Shown one piece after another: positions 31,424 through 40,455 of a DNA stretch of 64,000 nt. The translations under genes were made by a program, and so were the position numbers. The stretch spans positions 64,001-128,000 of the forward strand of contig JAHLWS010000070.1 of the NCBI GenBank assembly GCA_019057795.1, in the 5' to 3' direction. The DNA comes from Promethearchaeota archaeon (GTDB lineage: Archaea > Asgardarchaeota > Lokiarchaeia > Sigyniarchaeales > SOKP01). How positions within the stretch are numbered: position 1 is the first letter of the stretch; each line of letters begins with the position of its first letter. The notes under the pieces are model-generated. The model worked only from the letters and a program-made list of their open reading frames with translations, made no database searches and was not told where the DNA came from.

Positions 31424-32542
31424 TTATATCTCTGGTGGACTAAATAATCTTTTATTATTATTTTCAGTTCTTTTCGATCCTATATTCCTTTTGCTCGGAT
31501 TGCTTAAAATGTCTTGTCTCTCAACGTGAATTGCAGTGCCTCCAACTAATTTTAATGAATTGTAAAAATGTTCATAAGTTAAACGTTCTGAATCTATAGC
31601 CTTCAATAAAGATACTTTCGTACCCCTTTCGATATCTGAGCCCGAATATCCAATAGTTAATTCGAGTAAGCCCTTTGTTTTGTTCTTTTTGTTGAATTCA
31701 TTCCATAATATATTATCGTTAAACTCAGTGATGGTATAACCTAATTTACTTTCTAAACTTATTGTAATTGCCTTAAGTCTTTCGTATTCATCATTTAAAT
31801 TAGCTAAAATCGATTTATCAACGCCAATTTTTGCTTTTTCTACCTTATTAAGGAAAGATTCAATGATCTGCTTTCTTAGATGAAAATCGGGGAATTCAAA
31901 GCTAAAATGAAAGGTAAATCGTCTCCAAATAGCGGAATCTAATTGGTTTTGATGATTTGTTGCTCCAAATATCGCTAAAGGTACGCCTTGATAATTTATT
32001 CTATCGATTGCTTGTAAAAATGATATAACCGCGCGTTTAATTTCACCAACTTCATGAATATTTGATCTTTCAGAACCAATAGAATCAATTTCATCGAAAA
32101 ATAATATAAAAGCACCTCTTTCATTCGCGATTTCAGCTGCTAAATCCACAACATTTCTAATTTGTTTAATTGTATCTCCTAATAATGGTGATACCAATCT
32201 ATCAGTTTCTACTACACATATTGGAATTTCATAATGCTTTGCAAATCCTCTCGTAAGGGAAGTTTTACCTGTGCCCGGAGGCCCATATAAAAGAACTGTT
32301 AAACTGGGATTAAGTTTTGCTCCTTTTAACTGTTCCATAAATTCATTATATTTTTTTAAAGCTTTGAAAAAATCATGTAATATTTCTTTTTTAACCTCGT
32401 TTCCTAAAATATCGTCAATATTATCTTGAATATCGAAAGGAAAATACACTGCTCCATATTTACCTATCCTATTTTTAATTACTTCGTCGGTATATGTTTT
32501 TATTACTTCCACTTCTTCATTTGAATTGCTAATTTTTCTCAT
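31424..32542 (-). CDS. single-domain classical AAA ATPase
   Basis: GPPGTGKT, FFDEID, ATNH..LDSAIWRRF, GYSGSDI. Confidence 0.92.
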   Translation of the reverse strand: MRKISNSNEEVEVIKTYTDEVIKNRIGKYGAVYFPFDIQDNIDDILGNEVKKEILHDFFKALKKYNEFMEQLKGAKLNPSLTVLLYGPPGTGKTSLTRGFAKHYEIPICVVETDRLVSPLLGDTIKQIRNVVDLAAEIANERGAFILFFDEIDSIGSERSNIHEVGEIKRAVISFLQAIDRINYQGVPLAIFGATNHQNQLDSAIWRRFTFHFSFEFPDFHLRKQIIESFLNKVEKAKIGVDKSILANLNDEYERLKAITISLESKLGYTITEFNDNILWNEFNKKNKTKGLLELTIGYSGSDIERGTKVSLLKAIDSERLTYEHFYNSLKLVGGTAIHVERQDILSNPSKRNIGSKRTENNNKRLFSPPEI

Positions 32543-32558
32543 CTCATTTTATTGTAAT

Positions 32559-33875
32559 TTATTTATTTTTTCTTTCTTTATCAAATTTTTCACAATAATC
32601 TGCTATTTCATTAATAAATTCTTTAAGATTATCAATTTGAGAACCAATAAAGTTAAAAATTTCTTTTCTATATTGAGGGGAATCTCTTATCTTTAGTTTA
32701 TCTAAACCTAAATAATTAGGAAAACATATAAGCTTCATTAAATAAGGTAGTACTTTCTCATTTGTTTGTAAATCTTTGAATATTGGATAAAAAATATTTT
32801 GATCAGATAATTTCCATTTTAAAATTCCCATGTAAATTAGAAAGGCAAAATTCATTGAAATCCAATTTATAAATTCTTTTGATAAAAATCCTCTTCTTTG
32901 TGAAGCTAACGCTAAATAATACAAAATTAATGTTTCATTGCTCAATTGTGGTAATAATCTTATTTTTCCATCGGATTGCTTATTCTCACGTATGAAATTA
33001 TTTTCTAACATTATATCTACTAAATCTTCTTTTGGTGCTAGGAAGATTTCGTCAATAACACGGAGTCCAATGCGTTCGGCAATTTTATTTATAGCTTCTT
33101 CCTCGGCATTAGCGATAGAATCAATATATGGGTTAAAAACTTCAGTCTTTAAAATCATGGGAAGTTCTTGATTCCGTCTTTCAGAGAATTCTCCAAAATT
33201 TGGATCCAAATTGTAAAGAGAAGTTATATTGTTGATTAACTGATAAACTTTTGGAGACATACCCGGAATTTCAAAAAAATCTGATCTTTCTAATTTTTCC
33301 CTGTAATAAGTATGTGGTTGGAGCATATGTCGTTGGCACTCATAAAAATCCGAAGAGTATTCAAGTAATTTATTATAAATAATTTTTATATTTCTTCCTC
33401 GCGAAAATAATCTTTCTTCTATAAACTTCGTTAAAACATATAAAAATGTTTTTTCTAAACTTGATTCGTCTGGATTGGTAATATGTCGTAAAACATTCAA
33501 TGCACCAATGGATTCGTACAAAAATTCAATAATATAATCTTTTATATCAATTATTGGAATGGTTTCCCGATACTTCAATATAAAATCTTTAATTATATCA
33601 TAAATATTTGATCTATACATCGTATAAAATTCTGATAACGCTCTTACTTTTCGGATATTTCTTTTTTCTTCTTCTTGGCGAATTTTATCCAGGATTTCAA
33701 TATCTAGTAGTAGGTCAGCGTCTAATTCGATAATTTTTCTCCTTGTTTCTCGAAGAATTGGGGCCATATGACTTATAAAAGTTAAATATCTAGGTAGAAT
33801 GTCAGTCCACTTCTCCCTTTTTCTACCTGATTTTACCATTCTAGTAGATTTTTTTTTGTAACTCATAGTTTTCAC
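32559..33875 (-). CDS. hypothetical protein (operon member)
   Basis: 438-aa ORF with tight spacing to neighbours. Confidence 0.8.
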   Translation of the reverse strand: MKTMSYKKKSTRMVKSGRKREKWTDILPRYLTFISHMAPILRETRRKIIELDADLLLDIEILDKIRQEEEKRNIRKVRALSEFYTMYRSNIYDIIKDFILKYRETIPIIDIKDYIIEFLYESIGALNVLRHITNPDESSLEKTFLYVLTKFIEERLFSRGRNIKIIYNKLLEYSSDFYECQRHMLQPHTYYREKLERSDFFEIPGMSPKVYQLINNITSLYNLDPNFGEFSERRNQELPMILKTEVFNPYIDSIANAEEEAINKIAERIGLRVIDEIFLAPKEDLVDIMLENNFIRENKQSDGKIRLLPQLSNETLILYYLALASQRRGFLSKEFINWISMNFAFLIYMGILKWKLSDQNIFYPIFKDLQTNEKVLPYLMKLICFPNYLGLDKLKIRDSPQYRKEIFNFIGSQIDNLKEFINEIADYCEKFDKERKNK

Positions 33876-33892
33876 TCTTTTTATTAACTATA

Positions 33893-35041
33893 TTAACTTT
33901 CGTCGTATCCTACTACTATTTCTGTGAATATATTAGCGATCTCCACGAAAATTGGTATTTCTACGCGCACCAACTCTCCGAGAATCCACTTGTTTACATC
34001 TTTCAACAAGAAACGTATTTGATTTGTTATTTTTTTATTAATTTCAGAGTCTATTATTTTGGTTAACCATAGACCCCCTCCTAACCTATAAGCAATAATT
34101 TTTATTAATGGTTCAAAAAGAGGTTCTAAGACTTGTCTCATCATCCACGATTTTGGAATGACACTCATATTATCTGCGTCAAAATTAGGATCGTTGAGAA
34201 TTGGGTTTGTCTCATCAACAGATAATTTTGGCATAAAACTTAATAATAGAATTAAGGCAAATATAGCAGAGATGCCGTTTATTGTATAAGAGCCCCCAAT
34301 CTTCTCAATATCGTCTCTATTTATTGAAACATTAGCTAAAAACATACATATAAAAACATTTCTGTCGAAGGCATCAGACACATAGGTATAACCTAATTCC
34401 TCATTAATTATTAAATATTTTTCTTCAAGGATTTCAATAATATCATCGGGAAATGTGTAAAAAGTGTAAACTTTCTCTTCACTTTTTCTAACATCCTTTT
34501 TTACAACTAACTCTTTTGAAACCAAACCAAACATTTTAACCAGTTCTTCAAGTTGGTTTTTTATATAATGACGAGGTTTATTCGGATCGCCAAACATGGC
34601 ATAAAATTGATGATCTATAATATGAAAATCATTTCTTTTACTAAAGGCTTCTACCATCCTATTTATTATGGGTCCTTGTGTTCCTGAAGCGATTGCTTTC
34701 GCTTTTGATGTTACAAATCCATTTAATAATTCATTTATAATAAAATCTTGTTCATGAGTTCTAGATGATAATATTTTATCAAAAGCTTCAGAAAAGTTTT
34801 TTGTATTTGGAAAAAATGCGTTTTGAATTTTTTCATTTATAGATTTTAAAAAAATATCACCATTATTCTTTGGAAAGTGGAGCTTCATATTATTCAGTCT
34901 TTGTACTAGAGCTTCTTTTGCTCCTGGGATGTTTTCCGCATCTCTTTTTTCCAATTCATCGACTGCTTTTTCTAACCCTTTTTTAAATTGCTGAAGTAAT
35001 TCTTTCCATGTAGGATCTTGAATTTCTGCCATTATTTTCAC
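33893..35041 (-). CDS. hypothetical protein (operon member)
   Basis: 382-aa ORF with tight spacing to neighbours. Confidence 0.8.
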   Translation of the reverse strand: MKIMAEIQDPTWKELLQQFKKGLEKAVDELEKRDAENIPGAKEALVQRLNNMKLHFPKNNGDIFLKSINEKIQNAFFPNTKNFSEAFDKILSSRTHEQDFIINELLNGFVTSKAKAIASGTQGPIINRMVEAFSKRNDFHIIDHQFYAMFGDPNKPRHYIKNQLEELVKMFGLVSKELVVKKDVRKSEEKVYTFYTFPDDIIEILEEKYLIINEELGYTYVSDAFDRNVFICMFLANVSINRDDIEKIGGSYTINGISAIFALILLLSFMPKLSVDETNPILNDPNFDADNMSVIPKSWMMRQVLEPLFEPLIKIIAYRLGGGLWLTKIIDSEINKKITNQIRFLLKDVNKWILGELVRVEIPIFVEIANIFTEIVVGYDES

Positions 35042-35065
35042 TATAGATTATAATTATTTTATTAT

Positions 35066-36019
35066 TTACCAATTTAATTCGGCTACTATTTTCTTTAAGG
35101 CATCAACTAATGGATTTATAAGCTTTTTATCATAAAGGTTCGGAGAACTTACTCCTCTTTGGGCTTTCCAACCCATTTGTGTTCCTTCCCCCATTTCTCT
35201 TCTTCCATATTTTAAAATATTGCTTAGGTCTCGCATCCACCAATAAAATCTTAACCATTTTTTATTTGGATTATCTTTAGAATGAATAACTGCCAAAGCT
35301 TTCCATTCTCCCATTAGCCACTTTACTGTAATACCACTTACAGGCAAATAATAATTTATGGGAAAATTAGCTTGAAAACTTAAATCAAGATCTTTAGAAA
35401 TTATATTAAAGATTGGCTGGTTAAACCCTTCTAATACGACGATTTCACCACAATATTGGCATTCATAATAAGATTTCATTTTTTTCATTTTTTTTTGACA
35501 TTTTGGGCATGTCCGGTTTTCAATAATTCTATATTTGATAATGTCTAAGTTTTTTTCTTTTTCTAAGGTTTCTTTTGTTTTAGGTTCTCGTTTTCCGTAC
35601 TTCCCCTTCCAAGTCCATATCTCATCGAATGAGTCATTAATTTGTTCTAATGCGATAATAACATTTTTCAGAACATCTTTATCATAAATCTTAAACATCC
35701 CTGCATGTTGATAACTTTTCCACCAAGAAAGTCTTACATATTTCTCATTCTTTAAGTAAGCACTATGACAAATCAAGACAGCGAATAAACGGGTATCACT
35801 CTTATTGAGGATAATCCCTGACTCCGCAACCTCATAAGCTTTATTAAGCGAAACGTTTTTGTGAAACCAATCTCCATCTAAAAAATTTCCTATTAGGGAT
35901 TCTTCTTCTTTTTTTTCTACCTCTATACTCTTTTCCTTAATTATTTTCTTACATTGTGGGCATTGAAAAATCCCTGTAATTAGGGGTTCCATTTCAACAT
36001 TACATGCAGAACATTTCAT
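35066..36019 (-). CDS. internally duplicated [zinc ribbon + PC4-like] protein
   Basis: CSAC..CPQC / KYVRLSWWK, then CPKC..CQYC / KWLRFYWW, each followed by an IYDK/LYDK helix. Confidence 0.6.
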   Translation of the reverse strand: MKCSACNVEMEPLITGIFQCPQCKKIIKEKSIEVEKKEEESLIGNFLDGDWFHKNVSLNKAYEVAESGIILNKSDTRLFAVLICHSAYLKNEKYVRLSWWKSYQHAGMFKIYDKDVLKNVIIALEQINDSFDEIWTWKGKYGKREPKTKETLEKEKNLDIIKYRIIENRTCPKCQKKMKKMKSYYECQYCGEIVVLEGFNQPIFNIISKDLDLSFQANFPINYYLPVSGITVKWLMGEWKALAVIHSKDNPNKKWLRFYWWMRDLSNILKYGRREMGEGTQMGWKAQRGVSSPNLYDKKLINPLVDALKKIVAELNW

Positions 36020-36021
36020 AT

Positions 36022-37122
36022 TTATTCATCATTACGGGTTATAATATACCTTTCATAATCTAAATTTAATAATTTTAATTCTTTCTTTGTAAATCTTGTA
36101 ATCTTACTATCAATTTTTACCAAATCTTCTCTAAGATCGATTAAAGCGTTTTGAATACTATTTACAATGTCATCTTCGTTAAAAGACACTTTCTCGATGA
36201 ATTCAAGATAATTGTACTTTTTACCTTTTCCTGAATAATATAGCTTAATTTCTAATAATTTAGACTCAATTTGTTTCATATGGAATCTATAGTTTAATAA
36301 AGATAATAAATTAGAATTCCAATTTTTAAAGATTGGATTTTCTTTATCAATTCCATCGTAATTAAATTTATCTGGAAGCTCTACTTTTTCATCTTTAAGA
36401 AATTGGATTATGTCTTTATTTTCTTTAACAGCTTTATTTATTTTTTTTAAAACGTTTTTATTTTTCAATTTAGAGTCAAAAATTTCAATAAATTCATCAA
36501 TTTTGTCCTTTATCTCCAAAAATCTTTGGTAAAACCCTTCAATTGTAATCTCAATTTTGATAGCTTGAAAAATATTTCCATACTGGTCTAAAATATAATA
36601 AAGATCATCTGATATTCTAAAATCATGGGCCCCTATTTCAAAAACAAATGGGTGGATAATGTTACCTGTTTCGCATCTAACTCCTTTTAATTTATTTAAA
36701 GCCAGATTAAAATTCCGCCTAGTTAGAAACTTAAATTTTTTATTTATTAGTAAAAATAATGTATGATCTGGCACTGAAATTGTATTATTTTCTATCGTTA
36801 CTGTCTCTTCTCCTAACCGGATTATAAAATCACCGTCTTTTTGTTCAAATTCTCTTACACTTCGTATATTTTTAATTAAACCTAAATCAATAGCAATTTC
36901 AATAAATTCTTTATTCCAAAAGCTTAAAATATTATCTTTATATATCTCATCTAATATTAGGACCCTCTCATATGATTTTATAAGTTCTTGATTACTTAAA
37001 TCCTTGAATAAATCATTTCTGATGACATATAAAAACAAAATGATATATCTCATATCAATGTCGTCAAGAACTGTTTCTATCAAGTTTTTATCGTAATCCA
37101 TCGACAAACTCGTATGTTCCAT
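36022..37122 (-). CDS. hypothetical protein with winged-helix-like N-part and helical C-part (first operon gene)
   Basis: 366-aa ORF; 2-nt gap to next gene. Confidence 0.75.
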   Translation of the reverse strand: MEHTSLSMDYDKNLIETVLDDIDMRYIILFLYVIRNDLFKDLSNQELIKSYERVLILDEIYKDNILSFWNKEFIEIAIDLGLIKNIRSVREFEQKDGDFIIRLGEETVTIENNTISVPDHTLFLLINKKFKFLTRRNFNLALNKLKGVRCETGNIIHPFVFEIGAHDFRISDDLYYILDQYGNIFQAIKIEITIEGFYQRFLEIKDKIDEFIEIFDSKLKNKNVLKKINKAVKENKDIIQFLKDEKVELPDKFNYDGIDKENPIFKNWNSNLLSLLNYRFHMKQIESKLLEIKLYYSGKGKKYNYLEFIEKVSFNEDDIVNSIQNALIDLREDLVKIDSKITRFTKKELKLLNLDYERYIITRNDE

Positions 37123-37317
37123 GCCTAAAATCCACTTGCTATATTTAAAATGAATAAATTATTTCAGTTAAAAAGAGTAATTAAATAAATTAAACATCCC
37201 TAAAAAATTTTTCGATTTCCGTCATTCTACGCATTGAAAAAGCTAAAATTTTTTAGTTTTAATCTCTTTTTACTTAATAATTAAGAAACTTAATATTTAT
37301 TAATTAGATGGTTTTTT

Positions 37318-37931
37318 ATGGGAAGAAGAAAAAGAAAGCAACAATCTTATAAAAGAGTCAAAACAGTCCCCAAAATTTTTACTTGCCCAAACAGGTAATT
37401 ATGGTTTTCCCATTTACCTTGGATTGTGGGGAAAAAGCAATAAAAGTAGAAAATTTACGAAAAAGTGTTATAGCTACGGTGAAATGTGGTCATTGTGGTT
37501 TAACAAAGGAAGTTCTGGTTAATTCCATATCAGAACCTGTTGATGCTTTTGGAGATTTTATCGATGTTCATTATGCTGATCAAGAACTTCAGAGATTAGA
37601 AAAGCGTATTGGAAAATTAATAAAAGAAAACGAATGGGGAGAACTAGCATTCTCATACTCAATTTTATCGGATATTTGTAAACTTAAAGTTGCTCAAGCT
37701 TTAGAAGACGAAGATAAAGTAGATTTTGATGAGGTAAATAAATGGAAATTTAAAGCTGAAGAATATAAAAGGCGTGAAAAAGATGCTCTACTTCAATTAG
37801 ACACACTTGAATTGGAAAAAGGAATTAGAACAGACGAAGAATCTTTATTTTCAGAGCATGATGAGAGTGATATGAAAAAAGAAAAGAAAATTGAAGATAT
37901 CTTTGACGATCCTGGTTTTCTTGAATTTTAA
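37318..37931 (+). CDS. elf1: transcription elongation factor Elf1 with acidic C-terminal extension; spliced join(37318..37392,37425..37931), 193 aa
   Basis: MGRRKRK...VPKIFTCPN|CGEK...VKCGHCGL...SEPVDAFGDFID is the Elf1 zinc ribbon once the intron is removed. Confidence 0.88.
37393..37424 (+). other. 32-nt bulge-helix-bulge intron in mRNA
   Basis: CUUGC/GUGGG outer stem, CCAA/UUGG central helix, ACA and AUU bulges, GGUAA/UUACC and AUGG/CCAU inner stems. Confidence 0.85.
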
Positions 37932-37985
37932 ATAAACTGATTTCTTTAATTGAGCACTTTGATTTAAATGTAACAACTCTTTATT

Positions 37986-39716
37986 TCATTTATTTAGGAT
38001 ATGGGATTTAACATTAAGCGGAATATGTTTCCAAATAGGAAGATTTAAGATTAAATTGAAAAAGCGAATTCGATTCAATTTTTTTTTTAAAATAAAGTAA
38101 CTCCAGTTGTAAAATGCTAATTTATTAAAGAGATTCATTAGGTTCACACCAAATAGATTATATCTTGAAGTTAGAAAACTTGCTAAATATGCACCTAATC
38201 GTTTAGTTCGTGGGATTGATTCAGGATATACTGATTCTGATAGAGGTCTATTGAAAATTTCATAAATTGAAAAAATGGGTATAAGAATATCTAAATATTC
38301 ATTTACAATTCTATTGTAATCTGAACTCTCTAACGATAAAGCAGAAAGCTCATTTAATTTTTTTAAGGCAAGATTAAGTTGTTGTTCCTTAAAATAAAAC
38401 CACATAGTTCCCATAGTATCTCTTAATTTCACCAACTCGTCAATAATTTCCTTTTCTTTAAAAGAAAATGAGTTTTTTTTCTCGAAATGTGTTATATAAA
38501 GTAAAAATATTGAGTAAATAGGGGTATTATCAAATTCAGTTAAATTTTTATTTTCCTTGACCTCTTGGAGATCAATTTCTTTATTTGATATATTAAGGAT
38601 AGTATGAGTATATAATGGTGTTGTCCATAACATTCTCAAAATTTTTTCCATAAGTCGAATATGGAGCGTATATTCTTCAATTTTTGAAAATTTTTGAGAT
38701 CGTTTCAAACTAGGAATCGAAAAGGTTTTAGATTGATCGATTCTAAATTTAAATCTATCGATTCTTTTTAATTTATTAATTAATTCTTTTCTTTGTTTTT
38801 TATTTATGAAAATCTTTTCAATTAGCAACTTCTTTATTGATATTAACTCCTTTATGTAGGTATAGAAATCTACATTGTATTTTTTTACAATATAATCGTG
38901 CGTTATTAAAGGAATGCTTATAGTTTGTTTTTGGGTTTTAGTCTCAATACTCATTGCATGGTCCCCTATAGTATATGAAAATGTAATTCTTTCAAGAGTT
39001 TCTTCTAAACTAGAATATACACCTAACTTTTTTGGATCATGGGTGAAATAACCGTGCAAGAGAGTATCGATTCCTTTAAACTTATTATTTTCATATTCTG
39101 AAATTATAACAGATTCAAATTCACCCGGATGATGTCTTTTAATACCGTACCGTTTACCCACAAGAAAGATTGCTTGATTAGCTCTATGACATACAGTATG
39201 AGACCACCTAAACAATGGTTCTAATATTTTTCCAATTGTTAATAAATATCCATAAAATTCTGGTCCAAAATAGATAGGGAATCCAAAACCTCGAGATGTT
39301 GAAAATGTAAATTGGAAAACATTCCTTGTTTTCTCACCTTTTAAAAATCCGGGAAATTTATAGTGTAAAGCTAACCTGGGATAAAGTGCTCCCAAACCCA
39401 AATTCATCCACATTTCAAATAGAATTATGCTGTCAGGAAATTTAAATGAATCTTTTTTGATTAAGAAATCGTCTCTTGATGTGTTTGACGCAGTTGGAAT
39501 AGCATAGAGCCAATCTTTATTGCTTTCTAAAGGTTTTAGCCGGTTTTTATACCTTTTTACCAACAATCGTTTTTTCTGGTTTTGTACTATAGCTTTTTTA
39601 TAATAATAATTATTCAGAACTCTAAAAAGTGAAGTAATTTCTAGTATTTGTCTTTGAAGATCATGAGCTACTTTTACTCGAATAATTCCTGAATTCTTAT
39701 TTGAGGATTGCTGCAC
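37986..39716 (-). CDS. hypothetical protein
   Basis: 576-aa ORF, no recognised motif. Confidence 0.75.
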   Translation of the reverse strand: MQQSSNKNSGIIRVKVAHDLQRQILEITSLFRVLNNYYYKKAIVQNQKKRLLVKRYKNRLKPLESNKDWLYAIPTASNTSRDDFLIKKDSFKFPDSIILFEMWMNLGLGALYPRLALHYKFPGFLKGEKTRNVFQFTFSTSRGFGFPIYFGPEFYGYLLTIGKILEPLFRWSHTVCHRANQAIFLVGKRYGIKRHHPGEFESVIISEYENNKFKGIDTLLHGYFTHDPKKLGVYSSLEETLERITFSYTIGDHAMSIETKTQKQTISIPLITHDYIVKKYNVDFYTYIKELISIKKLLIEKIFINKKQRKELINKLKRIDRFKFRIDQSKTFSIPSLKRSQKFSKIEEYTLHIRLMEKILRMLWTTPLYTHTILNISNKEIDLQEVKENKNLTEFDNTPIYSIFLLYITHFEKKNSFSFKEKEIIDELVKLRDTMGTMWFYFKEQQLNLALKKLNELSALSLESSDYNRIVNEYLDILIPIFSIYEIFNRPLSESVYPESIPRTKRLGAYLASFLTSRYNLFGVNLMNLFNKLAFYNWSYFILKKKLNRIRFFNLILNLPIWKHIPLNVKSHILNK

Positions 39717-39889
39717 TGAATTAACCGAATTAAAAACAATTAATTTCTTACTTTGATATATTTGTTTATCAATTTTAATTTTAATTGATTTTAACTATTC
39801 TTATATTAATTATTAAAAAGTGAAAGTGAGATGTTTTTTTAATCCATATTTCCAAGTAAATTAAATGGATTTAAAGTTAAAATTGATTT

Positions 39890-40312
39890 TCAACTGGTCT
39901 TTCTTTTAGCGAATAAGGATTTTAACTCACCCATAATAGCCCCTCTTAAACTTACAGGGCTGGCTGGACGAGGTCCGCCAGGTCCGCCAGGTCCGTCAGG
40001 TCCTCCAGGTGGCCCTCCAGGTGGCCCTCCAGGCGGTGGTGGGGCGCTACTTGGAGCTGTAGGTGCTGCAATGACAGGAGCTGCCCCAGTTCCTCTCGTT
40101 CTAAGTGCCGAAACATCATTATTTATAGAATTGATTTGCGATTCTAATGTTGAAATTCTTTGACCAACAACCGCTAAAGATTGATCTACTAAATCTGGTA
40201 TTCTTAGAATCATTGACATCATTTTTTCAACAACATCGCCAAATGTATTTAACTTTTCTTCAAGAGGGGCTTTTCTTGTTTCTTGCATGAAATTTGCGAA
40301 TTCTTCGGCCAT
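39890..40312 (-). CDS. coiled-coil + polyproline + WH2/FAB-like helix protein
   Basis: LAVVGQRISTLESQINSI heptads; APPPPGGPPGGPPGGP; LRGAIMGELKSLFAKRK. Confidence 0.8.
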   Translation of the reverse strand: MAEEFANFMQETRKAPLEEKLNTFGDVVEKMMSMILRIPDLVDQSLAVVGQRISTLESQINSINNDVSALRTRGTGAAPVIAAPTAPSSAPPPPGGPPGGPPGGPDGPGGPGGPRPASPVSLRGAIMGELKSLFAKRKTS

Positions 40313-40455
40313 TTTAATCTCTCTAATTTTATTAATAACGAACTTTCTTGTTAATTTTCTAGTAATAATATATTTGAACTATTTAATAAATTTAAGCTCA
40401 TACAAATTATAACTTAATTTAAAAAAAAATTATAAAAAAATATAAGGTTTTTTAC

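Noticed and set aside
37386-37392. -1 ribosomal frameshift at C CCA AAC as the explanation for split elf1
   Set aside because: It is a slippery-type heptamer, but the hairpin starts only 1-2 nt downstream and the product would insert 11 residues inside the CxxC knuckle. BHB splicing restores CPNC exactly. Disfavoured, not formally excluded.
37383-37424. ORF-track N-terminus MPKQVIMVFPFTLD
   Set aside because: Mostly intron sequence; it lacks the first Cys and the basic Elf1 N-terminus.
39960-40045. GC-rich short tandem repeats as an ncRNA
   Set aside because: Explained by Gly/Pro codons of the 140-aa protein.
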